NCBI RefSeq assembly: GCF_947568905.1
Contig: NC_079166.1
Coordinates: 20,584,001 to 20,648,000 of the forward strand
Source: Ostrea edulis
Lineage: Eukaryota
Reading direction: 5' to 3'
DNA: 64,000 nucleotides
This document shows, in pieces, positions 62,443 through 64,000 of this stretch. The notes below the pieces were generated by a model. The model ran no database searches and had not been told where the DNA came from. It saw only the letters and a program-made list of their open reading frames with translations. Positions within the stretch are counted from its first letter, which is position 1; every line of letters starts with the position of its first letter. The translations under genes were made by a program, and so were the position numbers.

Positions 62443-64000
62443 CACCCAAAGTCAATAAAAACGTGCAATTGAGGGTTTCAAAATCATAGTTTATCGACCA
62501 TTCAATATATATATGGTAACATGCGTTTATTAATGGTAAATATCTGTTGAACACTCACCTCAAATTGTTTCAAGTTAAGTATGACAGATTTTTTTTTACA
62601 GTCGGTCAAAGTATGGCATATTTTTCGAGATTTTTCTCACGTGTAACCTTCGTTACTGAGTCCTTGACATCATGATATGTAAGATAAACAATAATTTTCC
62701 ATGTATTATTCCATAACTTGTATTGGAATTGACTGAGCATATATTTTTCTAATTTTCGAAAGACAATAAATACAGGTTTTCAAAGAAAATATTTAATCAA
62801 CACAACAAGAAATTATCTGCTGTAAAAGTCAGCAATAAGATTTTAAGAGCGCAAAATAAACGACTAGATGTCACTTTCAATATCTTTGAAATGGCAAAAA
62901 ATAAAATTGATTAACAAATATTCTCGAACAGTTCAATATGTATGAAACATGAAAACAAAAGACTAGCAATAGAGATAGAACGATAGCTTTTTTGTATGTA
63001 AATGAAGTAGCGCTATAATTATGTAACGTATGTTTCAACACTTACACAACAGTACATCCATGAAAATAGTATGCCAAAACGATGTCACCATCAGTTATTC
63101 TTTACGATTGATGTTGCAAAATCATAACGACATCACTTAATTCAATGGAAATACCAATTTTAATAGAAATATAACGTAGACAAGCAAAATATTTTACCAA
63201 ATGTGTCTTTTCTTCTGAATTTATTAATTTGCAATAAATGTGCGATTAAAACAAAAGTGATAGATTGATGTTTCGCTATATAAATGCCCATGATTCTTAT
63301 AGAAATAACAGACACATATTTTGAAACTTGGATTGCTCTTTGTTATAATAAACAATGAAAGTAACGTATGTTTCTTATTTTTCCTTTCATTACTATAAAC
63401 ACATCATTTCTATTCAAAAAATGGAAAGAATCATATGTACCCATTTCTAACAATCTGTTTACAATAATAATATAAAGAAAATGTTTAATTTCCCAACATT
63501 TTGATTAAATGTATACCGAATCTTATGTTTTTGTTGCTTATTTTGGAATACCTTTCCATAGAAACTGTCAGTATAATCCACCACGCGGAGTTATGAATGA
63601 ATATTTAACGTGAACCTTAAGACATAGATGTCCCCTATTAATTTTGAGGTCAAAAGGACAACGGTTAAACTACTCTGGACATACGCTATTGTCCGTTGAG
63701 AAATCTTTCCTTGATAGACATCAAACTTGAAACCTGGTGCCCCTTATGAATAGATGACCCCCATTGGATTCCAAGTCACAAGGTCAAAGGTCATACAAAA
63801 TTACTCAAATGACCAGTTGCTTATAAGTATTTTGAGAGACAAAACTTACATGTATCATTATGGTAGCCTTTGACCGGTAGTTAAACCTTTCTTTTCACTG
63901 TCTATACAGACATTCTACCTTTTCAGTATTGCCACAAGGGGAGGATATAATATTATTTCTAAAACATTTTTTCATGGTTCTTATGTTTTAACACATTTTT
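62443..64000. mobile_element. Long interspersed repeat, copy 2 (runs off the window end)
   Basis: Direct match to 3676-5079 with ~150 bp extra satellite-like sequence around 63573-63735. Confidence 0.8.

Overview
AT-rich eukaryotic genomic DNA, most likely a bivalve mollusc such as an oyster (inferred from the repeat families and the two-exon IL-17 genes). There are four probable host genes. One is a single-exon rhodopsin-class orphan GPCR that ends right after TM7 (9358-10236). One is a probable four-exon gene for a PP1-docking (RVxF) protein preceded by three perfect CRE palindromes (11345-21569). The other two are divergently transcribed two-exon IL-17 genes (50609-49577 minus; 57627-58321 plus). 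The rest is mostly mobile and repetitive DNA: about 17 fragments of one Penelope-like (PLE) RT family, several SINE families, Tx1/L1 LINE fragments (one with a clear TSD, nested in a PLE), MITEs and palindromic elements, a Helentron-type HINE, a 1.4-1.56 kb direct repeat near both window ends, and many mini- and microsatellites. The best leads are a retrozyme-like element with a minimal type I hammerhead ribozyme (two copies with complementary lesions, beside the IL-17 genes), a SINE family whose tRNA head is replaced by a candidate pseudoknotted RNA, the CRE-driven RVxF orphan gene, and the tail-less GPCR. Splice models, alignments and folds were done by eye; repeat boundaries and copy counts are approximate.
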